Shown: one piece after another, positions 11,840-23,157 of the stretch | Position numbering within the stretch: position 1 is the first letter of the stretch | How the letters are laid out: each line of letters begins with the position of its first letter | Assembly: GCF_004010195.1 (NCBI RefSeq) | Contig: NC_057719.1 | Coordinates: 36,201,605 to 36,241,229 of the forward strand | DNA from: Chiloscyllium plagiosum | Lineage: Eukaryota | Direction: 5' to 3' | DNA length: 39,625 nucleotides | Program-made: the position numbers and the translations under genes | The notes under the pieces: generated by a model | What the model was told of the DNA's origin: nothing | The model's input: only the letters and a program-made list of their open reading frames with translations | The model's database searches: none

Positions 11840-11936
11840 TGGAGAAACTCAGCATGTCTGGCAGCATCTGTGCGGAGAAAGCAGAGTTAATATTGCTGCC
11901 AGATCTGCTGAGTTTCTCCAGCAGTTTCTGTTTTTG
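11840..11936. mobile_element. Short hairpin-shaped PLE terminal fragment
   Basis: Inverted arms tggagaaactcagcatgtctggcagca (11840-11866) and tgctgccagatctgctgagtttctcca (11894-11920). Related to 39005-39128. Confidence 0.7.
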
Positions 11937-12200
11937 AACAAATCAATATGTTTATCTTAAAATCTATACCTTCAAGTAGATGTTAGATCAAATTCCATCA
12001 AGTGTTTGATTTATAATGAGTTGATATGGAAATCATTACAATGCATAATGAGTGAGGTTAAGTTCAGATCAAGGGACAATGATTTTTGGGGCCTCATGAA
12101 GAGAGACAAATACCTACCCCTATTATCCTATGATTTCAAAGTGAAATCTTGACTCCACATTTTGACCCCCTGCCCAGTATTTTCCCAAGTGAAGGTAATC

Positions 12201-12286
12201 AGGGCTTTTGCCCAAAACGTCGATTTTCCTGCTCCTCGGATGCTGCCTGACCTGCTGTACTTTTCAAGCACCACACTCTCGACTCT
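12201..12286 (+). mobile_element. Short PLE 3' terminal fragment with partial hammerhead motif
   Basis: agggcttttgcccaaaacgtcgattttcctgctcctcggatgctgcctgacctgctg is nearly the same as 20955-21025 but lacks the CTGANGA box. Confidence 0.82.
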
Positions 12287-12577
12287 ACATATTGTACCCA
12301 CCTCACACATACCCGTTTGATAGAATGTACTGTATGTGACTATCAATCTCAAACTCAAGGCATTGGCAGATATTTACCTACTTTGTCAAAGTCGTTTAAC
12401 ATCCAAGCACCTAACCAATAGAAAATATAGACATGATAAATACATAACTATAAGAGATATAGTTAATTTTTACTATTTTGAATGTGAATATGGAATAAAT
12501 ATAAAGTGGAGGATCCCACTCCATGCATATACCTGTGATTCTGGTTCAAGCCCTGATTCGATGCAGATGCCCCATTG

Positions 12578-12792
12578 TGGATCAAGTTTCACTCCAGAGA
12601 TTTGAGTACAAAATCCAAGCTGACACTGAGGCTGACATTGTAGGACTGAGGGAATGTTGCTATGTCTTTCGTTGGCATTGTTAAACTGAGGTCTCAACTA
12701 CCCTCTTGAGTGAAGGTAAAATAGCACGGTACAATTTGTAGACAGAAAAGGCTGCTGTGTATCCTACAGGGCAACAGTGACTACACCTTAAT
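12578..12792 (+). mobile_element. SacSINE1/DeuSINE-like fragment
   Basis: cactccagagatttgagtacaaaatccaagctgacact...actgaggga is homologous to 29575-29700. It ends in caacagtgactacac. Confidence 0.65.
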
Positions 12793-14271
12793 AGTTAAGT
12801 GAATACTGCAAATGCTGGAGTTCTGAAAAAATACCCAACAGGCCAGGCAGCTTTTGTGGAGAGAAAAAAGATTGTTTGTCTCTTCCAGACCAAATGCCTT
12901 GTCACTAGAACTGCTGAACTTTTCCAACCTTTTTTTATTCTTATTTAAGTGAGTGTATGTCTATAATCAATCAAGGCAAAAATCAGCACTGTTGGTGTTG
13001 GCAACTTGTGTTATTTAGTTAATAGAGAGTTAGTTCAAGAAATTTGACTGTTAAATACTAAGCATATATAATATTGTTCCAGAAAAGTATGTTATAAACA
13101 CAGAATGCATATAAAATGTTTATATATTATAAAAATAAATATTACAACAATTGCAATGTGTGATGTTTGAGACTGACGTCTGATATTTCCTCTGAAAATA
13201 AGATGTTGAAAATATTTTTAACAACCAGTGAATTCTGGCACAGAAAGGAAGCTGGGGGAGAGAACACAGCAATGAAGGTGATGAAAGCTCCCGAGGGTTT
13301 TCAGTGCAGCTGCAGTGAATTCATTTACTTCAAAAACAGCAACAGGCTAATCATGGAGGAAGTACTCAAAGCTAATGATGAGGTGTGTGTGCAACAGACT
13401 GAAGTGACAAACACACACTCTCAGAAATTCTCTATAGTCCTAAAAATCTGACTAAAAATGTTTGGCTGTGCTAATGAAACATAAATGCAGTTCCATTTGG
13501 TTGTTTGTAAACAAGTTTGACTGGGGTTTAATTCCTAGTAAGAATTTTGCAAAGTAAGCTGGAAATCCAAACTTAAAACACATCCACACTCGATCGTTTA
13601 GTTGAGTTCAGATTTTGAAGACCGTGACTGCTCTGAATATGTTTCTTTTTGGTTCCAGTGGAAATTCTCAACAAATTAAAGTTGAACCACAATGTACTTG
13701 GGTATTATGATTGGGTTTGGCATAGTGCTTGCATAAAACCTCAAGCAATTTTTAATTTTCTTGAATGACAAAAAGTACAATGTAACCATGAACGTTTAGG
13801 CATCATGCAAAGGATTGATCACAGAATAGACATCTGATAATATGCTGTATCAAAATAAAAATGAAGTGCTAACTCTGAAAGTTGAAATGTTGCATGGAGA
13901 AGAAACCCATTTGCCAATTTCTTTGGGAAGCCCACTGGATCAAGCCTCAATCAGGGAGCTGATTGGCTGCTTGCCGTCATTTACCAAATCCAAAAACTGG
14001 ACCAGGGAGTTCTATCTGCATAGAGCTTCTGACCAATCAGAGGCCAACATCTCCATAATTTGAGAAGTCCACAGTAGAGGCCATGGTTGCTGAGGGGACA
14101 CTGTCCTCAGAATGCAATGATGGGTGAGTTTGCTTGTCTCCGGGAGAGGGGAAGGGGCTTCAGAAGCAAGGACAGGGAAATGTCTCTCAGAGGCCACCCC
14201 TCAATTTTCAAGTCGCATGATCTTCATCGATAATTGCCCACCAAAGAGCCTTAGTTGATGGCCATTTAGGA

Positions 14272-14289
14272 GTGTGTGTGTGTGTGTGT
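14272..14289. repeat. (GT)n microsatellite
   Basis: About 9 GT units. Confidence 0.9.
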
Positions 14290-14411
14290 TTGGAATGTGG
14301 GTACATATCTCCCCAGTACTAACCTCTTTCATCATCAATCTTTCCTGCCATCTAGGTTGTCACTTCTCAGGAGTGGAAAGTTCTGCTTGTTAACCTTGTT
14401 TCCCCCTCCAC

Positions 14412-14483
14412 AGATTAGACTCCCCACAGTGTGGAAGCAGGCCCTTCGGCCCAACAAGTCCACATCGACCCTCCGAAGAGTAA
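14412..14483 (-). mobile_element. HE1-type SINE 3' fragment
   Basis: Reverse complement of the 3' end of the copy at 17085-17160. Confidence 0.8.
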
Positions 14484-15580
14484 TGATCTTGTTGGGAACA
14501 GAGGAAAGGATGTCATAAAGTTGGGCATGGAAATTCTTCTTTACTTCACCTTCAGCATTCAGAGTTGGAGCATAGATGCTGATGATGATGCGATGTTGGT
14601 TCTTGACCAGCTAGATACATGAAACAAAATCATGAAGCATTCATTGATTCCCAGTGGTTCCTCTGTCAGCTTCTGAAGTAGGTTGTTTCGGATGGCTAAA
14701 GCTACTCCATGGTGTTGTTCAGGATCAAGTCCTTTCCAGAATAAGGTATGTTGACCTTGCTCTTTCTTTAGTTGCCCTTGTCCACTCTGCAATGGCAAAG
14801 TTGAATTTTTGGAATTCCTGGCCAACAAAGGCAGTTCTCCTCTCTGCGCCAGTCTGAGTTTGGGTTATCCGCCAGAGTTCATATATTCCAGGTTCCAAAT
14901 TTCATAGTTTCACTTCTTGGCGTTTTTTGACCACATAATGGTGATCCCTCTGGATGCGGCTTATCAGATAGGATGTGGTGAAGCAGACTATTTTAGGGCA
15001 TCTTTTGTAGCCCCATCCCAGTTCAGGGTGAGCAGATTGGATCCTAAATAGGGCTGCTCAGACGTGAATACTGTTACTGAACAACTTTCCTGCTTCTGTC
15101 CAAAAGTTGGGTGACTAAATCAAATATTCACTGCTTTCTTGCCGGTTCTTAACTAGGAGCTTCCAGCCATCACCGTGCCTGTTCCTGTCGCCCTCCCCGG
15201 TCGCTGAAAGACTTGAAGAAGTAGCCCATAGAGCAAGATGCCTGTGCGTATATTTGTTTACTGTGTACTTGATGCTGCACTCCAAGAAGCACATGATACT
15301 TCACAAACCAACAACTGATTCCAATGGCATGTAGACCACGACAATAGGAGCTGATGGATTTGTTGCAGCCTTCATCCACCTTCACAGCCGTTGATTTCAA
15401 AGTAACTTTGTCTGCCTGTTCCACTGTTGAGGTCGTGGTTGGATTGTTCTTTGTCAGGGACCTCACTCTCGACCTTACCGCCATGTGACCGACCAGGAAC
15501 TGAGCTCCAGAACGCATTACTCACGAGATCTCAAGATGGCACAAGCTTCTCCACCATGACATGGTGACAATCCATGGAGA
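14484..15580 (-). mobile_element. RTE-clade LINE, 5' portion (5' UTR + APE endonuclease remnant)
   Basis: Minus strand reads MKFGTWNI*TLADNPNS..ERTAFV, GQLK..HTLFWKG..HGVALAIRNNLLQKLTEEPLGINE and IISIYAPTL, typical of RTE endonucleases. About 670 bp of 5' UTR lies upstream. Confidence 0.85.
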
Positions 15581-16672
15581 GATATTTATGTAGAGTCTGG
15601 TTCAGTTGGTAACAAGCGAAACATTGGAACTGTAACTTCTTTTTTTCCTTTCTTATTTACTTGCAGTCAGACTTTTAAGAGATAATAGTTTAAAAGTAAG
15701 TTCTAGGGACCATACTAATAAATGAAAGTTGTTGGAATCATAGGTCACATTTTGTAATGATAAAAATGATCCTTTCTTTGCACACACTAGCTTGTGAACA
15801 CTCTTCTTGCTATGAGTCCAAGGAAGTAACTGCGGAATGTACAATTATTAGAGAAAATAATTGAATTCCAAGTGATAAGAGCCCTATTTCCGAGCAGATG
15901 CTTGCAAGAATTATTACCTGAATAAAGACTCGTGGTTGTGTCATTTTTGTGGTCTCCCAACAAGTATCAAAGGTGCAAAATGTTGCATAACACATCAACC
16001 AGATTTATTTTGGTCTCGGTCATTCTCCACTTGTTTGGGTGGTTGATGGTATTGCAGTGTATTTGTTGTCTAATCAGGAATTAACAATATCCCCTCTGCT
16101 TCTATGCTATCGCTTCTCCTCCTGCTGATTACTATAAATGGCCACTTTATGCAAATCGACTGAAAACTCTTCTGTACAATTTGCTTCTTACACATTTTAT
16201 TTATCTGCTACAATTTTCTCCTTTTCCATTTAACTATATCTGAGAGCAGGTTTTATGGAATGGTTTATTTCGAATTGGAGGCAGATAATCAAACTAAAAT
16301 GGCAGTGGCAATTTGTCTGTCTCCTACCTCTAACCCCAGCCCAGAGTATTTTTCTGAAGGCTGGTGAACTTTAGGGGTGAGGGCAAGTTAGCAAGCATAA
16401 CTGATGAAACTCTCTGCACAATGAAGACAACTAATGTGGCCTGGATTTTCACAAGAAAAGAGTACAGTTGGCAAGAACTTCATTCTGGAGACTGGTGTGG
16501 GATGGAATTGGATCCACTGCCTACCCCAGATGTAGATTAAAGGTGGCCACAAGGGTTGTTGAAGCAGCATGGTTAAAAGGCCTGCCTTGGGTTTCTGGGA
16601 CCTTATCACAGTTGCTCTCTTAAACATTGGATCCATTAGTCTTCACCCCTCACACCTCTTCATACCCAATAT

Positions 16673-16824
16673 GGGTGGCACGGTGGCTCAGTGGTTAGCA
16701 CTGCTGTCTCACAGCAACAGGGTCCCAGGTTTAATTCCAGCCTCAGGCGACTGTCTGTGTGGAGCTTGCACATTCTCCCCGTGTTTGTGTGGGTTTGCTC
16801 TGGTTTCCTCCCACAGTCCAAACA
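16673..16824 (+). mobile_element. HE1-type SINE, 5' half
   Basis: gggtggcacggtggctcagtggttagcactgctg head, truncated after cccacagtccaaa. Confidence 0.88.
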
Positions 16825-16842
16825 CTGTAGGGAATCTAATGT

Positions 16843-17160
16843 GGGTGGCATGGTGGCACAGTGGTTAGCACTGCTGCCTCACAGCACCAGAGACCCGGGT
16901 TCAATTCCGTCTCAGGCAACTGTCTGTGTGGAGTTTGCACATTCTCCCTGTGTCTGCATGGGTTTCCTCTGGGTGCTCCAGTTTCCTCCCACAGTCCAAA
17001 AATGTGCAGGTTAGGTGAATTGGCCATGCTAAATTGCCCATAGTGTTAGGTGAAGGGGTAAATGTAGGGGAATGGGTCTGGGTGGGTTGCTCTTCGGAGG
17101 GTCAGTGTGGACTTGTTGGGCCGAAGGGCCTGGTTCCACATTGTAAGTAATCTAATCTAT
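16843..17160 (+). mobile_element. HE1-type SINE, full length
   Basis: A-box-like tggcacagtgg, B-box-like ggttcaattcc and a (taatc)n tail. Confidence 0.93.
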
Positions 17161-17569
17161 CCACACATGTCAATACATGTCCCCACCTACCTGATTGGGC
17201 TATGATATCCCCCACAACTAAACATGCCCCTTAAAAATGCTTGCCCCTTACAACCCATGCTAACTTAGTGACAATTCCCACTAACAGCCATTTGCCCTTA
17301 CACCCTCTGTGCCAAGTTGCCTAAAATCTCTCTTGGGAATCTGCAAAATCAGGGAAGCAGAGAACCTACATATCTTTCATCTCCAAGTAGAATTCATCTT
17401 GCTCCTCTGCATCCACAAATGTTTGGACACTTGCAGACTGCTGTGATATGTATTAAACTTTCAGTGGTGCTAATGTTGCTCTGAAATGGTCTCTGTTGGC
17501 ATTCCTGATCTTCTGGAACTTCAGCTGGGCAGAGCTTCCACCATGGGATCCCTTAATCATATTGATCAT

Positions 17570-18352
17570 CAGACCATAAGGCAATAAAACATTAAAAAAG
17601 GAGTAGAATTAGGGCATTTGGCCCACCAAATCTGCTTCACCATTCGGTCATGACTGATATGTTTCTTGCCCTCATTCTCCTGCCTTCTCCCTGTAACCCC
17701 TGATTCCCTTATTAGTCAAGAACCTATCTATCTCTGTCTTAAATACACTCAATGATTTGGTCTCCACAACCCTCTGTGGCAATGAGTTCCACAGATTTAT
17801 CATCCTCTGGCTGGAGAAATTCCTCCAGCTCTCAGTTGTAAAGGGTCATCCCTTCACTCTGAGGCTCTGCCCTTGGGACTTAGTCTCTTCAACCACAGAA
17901 AACATCTTCTCCATGTCCACTTTACCCAGCCTCTCCATATTCTGTAAGTTACAATTAGATACCACCCCCATCCTTCTCAACACCACCGAGTTCAGACTCA
18001 GCATCCTCAACTGCTCCTCATATAACAAGTCCTTTATCTCTGGGATCATTCTTGTGAACCTTTTCTAGACCCCCACAAAGGCCAGCACATCCATCCTTAC
18101 ACACTGGGCCTTAAACTGCTCACAATGTTCCAAATGAGGTTTGACCAGACCCTTGTACAGCCTTTTTGCTGTTGTATGCTTGTCCTCTTGGAATGAATGC
18201 TAACATTGCATTTGCCTTCCGATCTGCCATTTGAACCTGCATGATAACCTTATGAGAATCCTGAACTAGTGCTCTTAAGTCCCTTTGTGCTTCAGATTTC
18301 TGAAACCATTCTCCATCTGGAAAATAGACCAAGCCTCTATTCTTCCTACCAT
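17570..18352 (-). mobile_element. CR1 LINE 3' portion
   Basis: QRDLRALVQDSHKV..KANAMLAFI and YEEQLRMLSLNS..RRM motifs, followed by the 3' UTR. Confidence 0.88.
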
Positions 18353-18929
18353 GTCCTGTTTCTTTGTACATTTTCTGTTGGTGAACTTTCTGAATACTGA
18401 TTTATCCTTAGCTCTGTAAAGACATCTAATCTAATGGAATATTTTACTTTGCATTTATTGGCTGATTGATAGTCTTGCTGTTTGCCATGTTCTCTCCATG
18501 GGCTTTTCTTGTGATTTGGATAGCACTATTTCTGTTAAGTCTTGTTGTCATGCCTTGTGTCAACTGTTTGATCCCAGGATGTTTATTCTATCTGTGAAAT
18601 ATAAATTACATCATGGAAATTATAATTTTTCTCCAATTGTTTGATAGCAAATGGTGGATGAAGTACTGTATGCAGTATTGCCAACCTTTGCAATTCACTC
18701 TTCTTCTGTGATTATAAAAATCTTAAGTGCAAATGAAATTTGTTAATGTTTAAAGTTTCTACGTGAATCGCAACTGTTAAAAATCAGCTGCCAATTACGA
18801 GACTCCCATGTGAATTGTGGGTGTGGAAAATGTAGCGTGAATCTTTCCAAACAGTACAGATATAAAACAGAAATGCTTGGCAAATCTATTTGGTTTGTTT
18901 ACGAAAGATGTAATGATGTAAACACAATG

Positions 18930-19325
18930 TGATGTACAGCCATGGTACATGGCTCTTCTGGGCCTCCTAAAAATACTGTTTCCTCATAGTAATCTCCCTT
19001 TAAGGAAAACAACATACCAATCTGGTATGTTCTCAATTCATGTCCAACAGCACACTTCATTATTTGGCTTGTAATTGTATAAAGCAACTGAACTAGCCAT
19101 GATTTGGCAGTATGTCTTATTCTGGGAGAAAATAACTAACTGGATTGTTTGTCAAAGAGTGTACATAATGTGCAAGAGGTAGCCATCTCTCCAAATCAGG
19201 AGCAGTATGATCTGTACACTGTGTACACAAGGGTATTTTGAAACTTATTGAAATGTGAGCTAGACATAATTGGGTGCCATAATAACTTCCATGTGTGAGA
19301 GAATACTCCAAAAGATAATTGTCAA
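18930..19325 (-). pseudogene. Possible highly decayed LTR-retroelement integrase remnant
   Basis: Frameshifted minus-strand pieces FGV..YGTQ/MSSSHFNKF, DLERWLPLAHY and EP.YHG resemble integrase DxGxQF, WxxxLP and GPY/F motifs. The match is weak. Confidence 0.3.
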
Positions 19326-19344
19326 GAACTAAAAACATCTGCAT

Positions 19345-19550
19345 TCAGAAATAGGAATAGGCCATAGAATCCCTTGAACCCACTCAATAAGCTTGTATTT
19401 GAACCTTTCTGTCAACTCCACTTTCGTAAACTGTCCCCATCTGCCTTGATTCCTTTCCTGTATTTGAAAATACTCAGTAACTGAACATCTCCATCTTTCT
19501 GGGGTTACAGAATCCAAAAGATTCATTACACTCTGAGTGAGGAAATCTCC
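19345..19550 (-). mobile_element. Decayed CR1 3' end
   Basis: agaaataggaataggccat...agaatccaaaagattcattacactctgagtgaggaaat, translating as FLTQSVMNLLDS. Confidence 0.65.
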
Positions 19551-19568
19551 CTTACAGTTGGCATAACT

Positions 19569-19881
19569 GGGCGGCACGATGGCACAGTGGTTAGCACTGC
19601 TGTCTCACAGCACCAGAGACCCTGGTTCAATTCCCACCTCAGGCAACTGTCTGTGTGGAGTTTGCACATTGTCCCCGTGTCTGCGTGGGTTTCCTCCGGG
19701 TGCTCCGGTTTCCTCCCACAGTCCAAAGATGTGCAGGTTAGGTGAACTGGCCATGTTAAATTGCCCGTAGTGTTAGGTGAAGGGGTAAGCATAGGGGAAT
19801 GGGTCTGGGTGGGTTGCTCTTCAGAGGGTCGGTGTGGACTTGCTGGGGCGAAGGGCCTGTTTCCACACTGTAAGTAATCTA
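19569..19881 (+). mobile_element. HE1-type SINE, full length
   Basis: Highly similar to 16843-17160. Confidence 0.93.
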
Positions 19882-19894
19882 AAAAAAAATCTAA

Positions 19895-20197
19895 AAACAC
19901 TCAAGAAGCTTGACACCATTCAGGACAAAGGAGCCTGCTTGATTGGCACCACATCCACAAACATTCACTCCCTCCACCACCGACGTTCAATAGCAGCAAT
20001 TGTGCACCATCGACAAGATGATTGCAGAAACTCAAATACCATATCTGCAAGTTCATCTCCAAGCCACTCTCCATCCTGGCTTGCAAAGATAACATTCCTT
20101 CACTGTTATTGGGTCAAAATTCTGGAATTTCCTCCTTAATTGCATTATGGGACTCCCGCCACCTTCTCTGTGGAAACTAGGGATGAACAATCTTGCT
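19895..20197 (+). mobile_element. CR1/L2-group LINE 3' fragment
   Basis: TLKKLDTIQDKGACLIG..NIHSLHHRRSIAA is an ORF2 C-terminal motif. Confidence 0.75.
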
Positions 20198-20357
20198 GAC
20201 CGCAATTTCCCCCCCGACGTGGTACCAAAAACGCACAAGCCAGATGGCCTCCTTCTTCAAGGACCGCAATTTCCCCCCCGACGTGGTCGACGATGCCCTA
20301 CACTGCATCTCTTCCCCTTCCCGCTCCTCCGCCCTTGAACCCCGCCCCTCCAACCGC

Positions 20358-20831
20358 CACCAGGACAGAACCCCACTGGTCCTCACCAGGACAGAACCCC
20401 ACTGGTCCTCACCAGGACAGAACCCCACTGGTCCTCACCAGGACAGAACCCCACTGGTCCTCACCAGGACAGAACCCCACTGGTCCTCACCAGGACAGAA
20501 CCCCACTGGTCCTCACCAGGACAGAACCCCACTGGTCCTCACCAGGACAGAACCCCACTGGTCCTCACCAGGACAGAACCCCACTGGTCCTCACCAGGAC
20601 AGAACCCCACTGGTCCTCACCAGGACAGAACCCCACTGGTCCTCACCAGGACAGAACCCCACTGGTCCTCACCAGGACAGAACCCCACTGGTCCTCACCA
20701 GGACAGAACCCCACTGGTCCTCACCAGGACAGAACCCCACTGGTCCTCACCAGGACAGAACCCCACTGGTCCTCACCAGGACAGAACCCCACTGGTCCTC
20801 ACCAGGACAGAACCCCACTGGTCCTCACCAG
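20358..20831 (+). repeat. Perfect minisatellite, 18 x 26 bp (caccaggacagaaccccactggtcct) plus 6-bp partial unit
   Basis: 20358-20825 is 468 bp, or 18 units, with no visible variant. Confidence 0.97.
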
Positions 20832-20943
20832 TCTGACCTTTCACCCTCACCTTGACCTCTTTCCACCTATCACATTTCCGACGCCCCTCCCCCAAGTCCC
20901 TCCTCCCTACCTTTTATCTTAGCCTGCTGGACAAACTTTCCCC

Positions 20944-20979
20944 ATTCCTGAAGAAGGGCTTATGCCCGAAACGTCGATT
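20944..20979 (+). ncRNA. Minimal type I hammerhead ribozyme motif, intact core
   Basis: attc-CTGAAGA-a-GGGC-ttat-GCCC-GAAA-cg-TC-gatt. Predicted cleavage is after 20975. Confidence 0.8.
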
Positions 20980-22484
20980 CTCCTGTTCCCTGGATGCTGC
21001 CTGACCTGCTGTGCTTTTCCAGCAACACATTTCCAGTTTTTCAAAAGCCCAGGTAGACATAGTAAAAGCAATTCTAAACTTTGTGCATTTCTTTGGATAG
21101 CCAGGAGAGTTAAGGTATCCTTTTGGATATGGTTCGAGAGAACGTGTTCGTTGAGGTCAAGTGATCTTTTGGTTAGGTTAGATACCCTTTGAGGGAGGTA
21201 TTGTGCCCTTTGGAAATGTTAAAAATAGACATGATTGTACGCAAAAAATGCATAAAGTCATTAACTGACAAGCTGATCGGCGCTATCGACAGACCTGTTA
21301 AAATCAAGGCTCTAAAGTTTCAGAAGCAACTCTGTAAAGAGATCCTGCAAAAAGTTCCAATAGAACCTGTTAAGCTTATCAAGAGAACCTGCCAACAGGT
21401 CATGATAAAAACACTAAGGAGGTATTGCCTCTCCTGTTTGTGGGGCATGAGATCCAGTCACACAAATGCTGACATCTTCATATCTTCTTTGCAGTTTTCC
21501 ATCCTAGACCTGATACCTCATTCACCTCTAATATGTCCTGTAACTTGGTGTCAAATGAGATACTGAAAAAGCTTTGGCAACCAGTCAGGAGGAAAAGAAG
21601 ATGGGTTATTTTTAACCATTTAGGAAAAAGCATAATCTATTTGTGTGGCAAGTATGGATATGGATCAACTAGAGAGTAATTAAATCTATCTGTAAACTAG
21701 AAATACTGCTGGGAGTTCAAAGTTCTACAATTTGTACATAAGAAGTGGAAATGAATTATTTTACAAGAATAAGTGTTGCTTAATTTTACATAAGAGTCTT
21801 TAATGAAAAAAGAATAGCACCAAATAATTTGAGGAAACTAATACATGTTTTAGGGCACTTTCATTTTAAAATTACATGCAGAGACAAATTAACATTTATC
21901 TTTTAGAAAATCTTCATAAGGTATGCTTTTCTCTGGGTATACACTCGAACATAAAAAGTGAGAAAATAGGCAGCCAAAACAAATAGGAAATGTCAAGAAC
22001 ATTAAAGTTTGTTTCTACCACGACGCAGGAGTATATTACCCTCCTGACTGTTTTCTGATAGGCACAGTTTGATTGAACATGATTGGGTAATTAAGTTACG
22101 AGAATTTACACCCAGCTCTACCACACATTGGGAAATATCAGTGTATGCCCACACAATCCACTCTTCATTTAGATTGCATGCCTTATTAAGGGTTAAATTA
22201 GTTCAGTATTTTTCACAATTCTTCAGGCACTAAAGAGCCAATAAGGTAGCCAAGGCAGCAACGTAGCCTGAAAATCTGAATTTGCTCCTTTCACATGAAA
22301 CACCAACTTGGTAATGGAATTGAAGCTGGATCGAAGTACAAGCACTGGAGAATTGTAAAGAAAGTAGTTGCCATTTTAAATTATCTGCTGATGGTCATTA
22401 ATGAGGTTACTTGGTATTTGGTGGCTTGACCCAATATTTTTCCCCAACAGTAACAAGCTAGCTGGGAAGCAACAAATGGTTCTT

Positions 22485-23157
22485 AGAGACTCATAGAGAT
22501 GTACAGCACAGAATCATACTCTTCAGTCCAATTCGTCAATGCCGACCAGATATCCCAACCCAATCTAGTCCCATTTGTGGCACGGTGGCACAGTGGTTAG
22601 CACTGCTGCCTCACAGTGCCAGAGACCCAATTCCTGTCTCTGGCAACTGTCTGTGTGGAGTTTGCACATTCTCCCCTTGTCTGAATGGGTTTCCTCCACG
22701 TGCTCCGGTTTCCTCCCACAGTCCAAAAATGTGCAGGTTAGGTGAATTGGCCATGCACCCGTAGTGTTAGGTGAAGGGGTAAATGTAGGGGAATGGGTCT
22801 GGATGAGTTGCTCTTCAGAGGGTCGGTGTAGACTTGTTGGGCCGAAGGGCCTGTTTCCACATTGTAAGTAATCTAATCTAATCTTGCCAGCACTTGACCA
22901 ATATCCCTCTAAACACTTCCTATCCAGATGCCTTTTAAATATTGTAATTGTACTAGCCTCCACCATTTCCTCTGACAGTTCATTCCATACACCCACCACC
23001 CTCTGCATGAAAAAGTTGCCCCTTGGGTCCCTTTTATATCTTTACCTTTTCACCCTAAACCAAGGCCCTCTGATTCTGGACTCCCCCATGCCAAGGAAAA
23101 GACTTTGTCTATTTATCCTATCCATACCCCTCGTGATTTTATAAACCTCTATGAGGT
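22485..23157 (-). mobile_element. CR1 LINE 3' end interrupted by an HE1 SINE
   Basis: QRVVGVWNELSEEMVEASTITIFKRHLDR. The sequence ctagtcccatttg|ccagc is split by the SINE (compare the uninterrupted copy at 5411-5428). Confidence 0.88.
22577..22884 (+). mobile_element. HE1-type SINE inserted in CR1
   Basis: Same family as 16843-17160, with a (taatc)3 tail. Confidence 0.92.

Larger units (their letters stand above)
20198..21037 (+). mobile_element. Penelope-like element (probably Neptune-type), rearranged: RT-thumb fragment + tandem array + 3' pseudo-LTR
   Basis: RTSQMASFFKDRNFPPDVVDDAL..HQDRTPLVLT resembles the PLE thumb/linker. The 3' end carries a hammerhead motif and ggatgctgcctgacctgctgtgcttttccagca. 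Confidence 0.82.

Noticed and set aside
16843..16915. Additional tRNA genes at SINE heads (also 3370-3443, 19569, 22577, 29527)
   Set aside because: They have A/B-box-like motifs but no complete cloverleaf, and they continue into SINE bodies.
20358..20831. CRISPR array
   Set aside because: Units are contiguous and identical with no spacers, no cas genes are present, and the context is vertebrate.
20193..20922. 220-aa and 209-aa ORFs as repeat-protein genes
   Set aside because: They stay open only because the 26-bp unit has no stop in any plus frame, and the flanks are PLE sequence.
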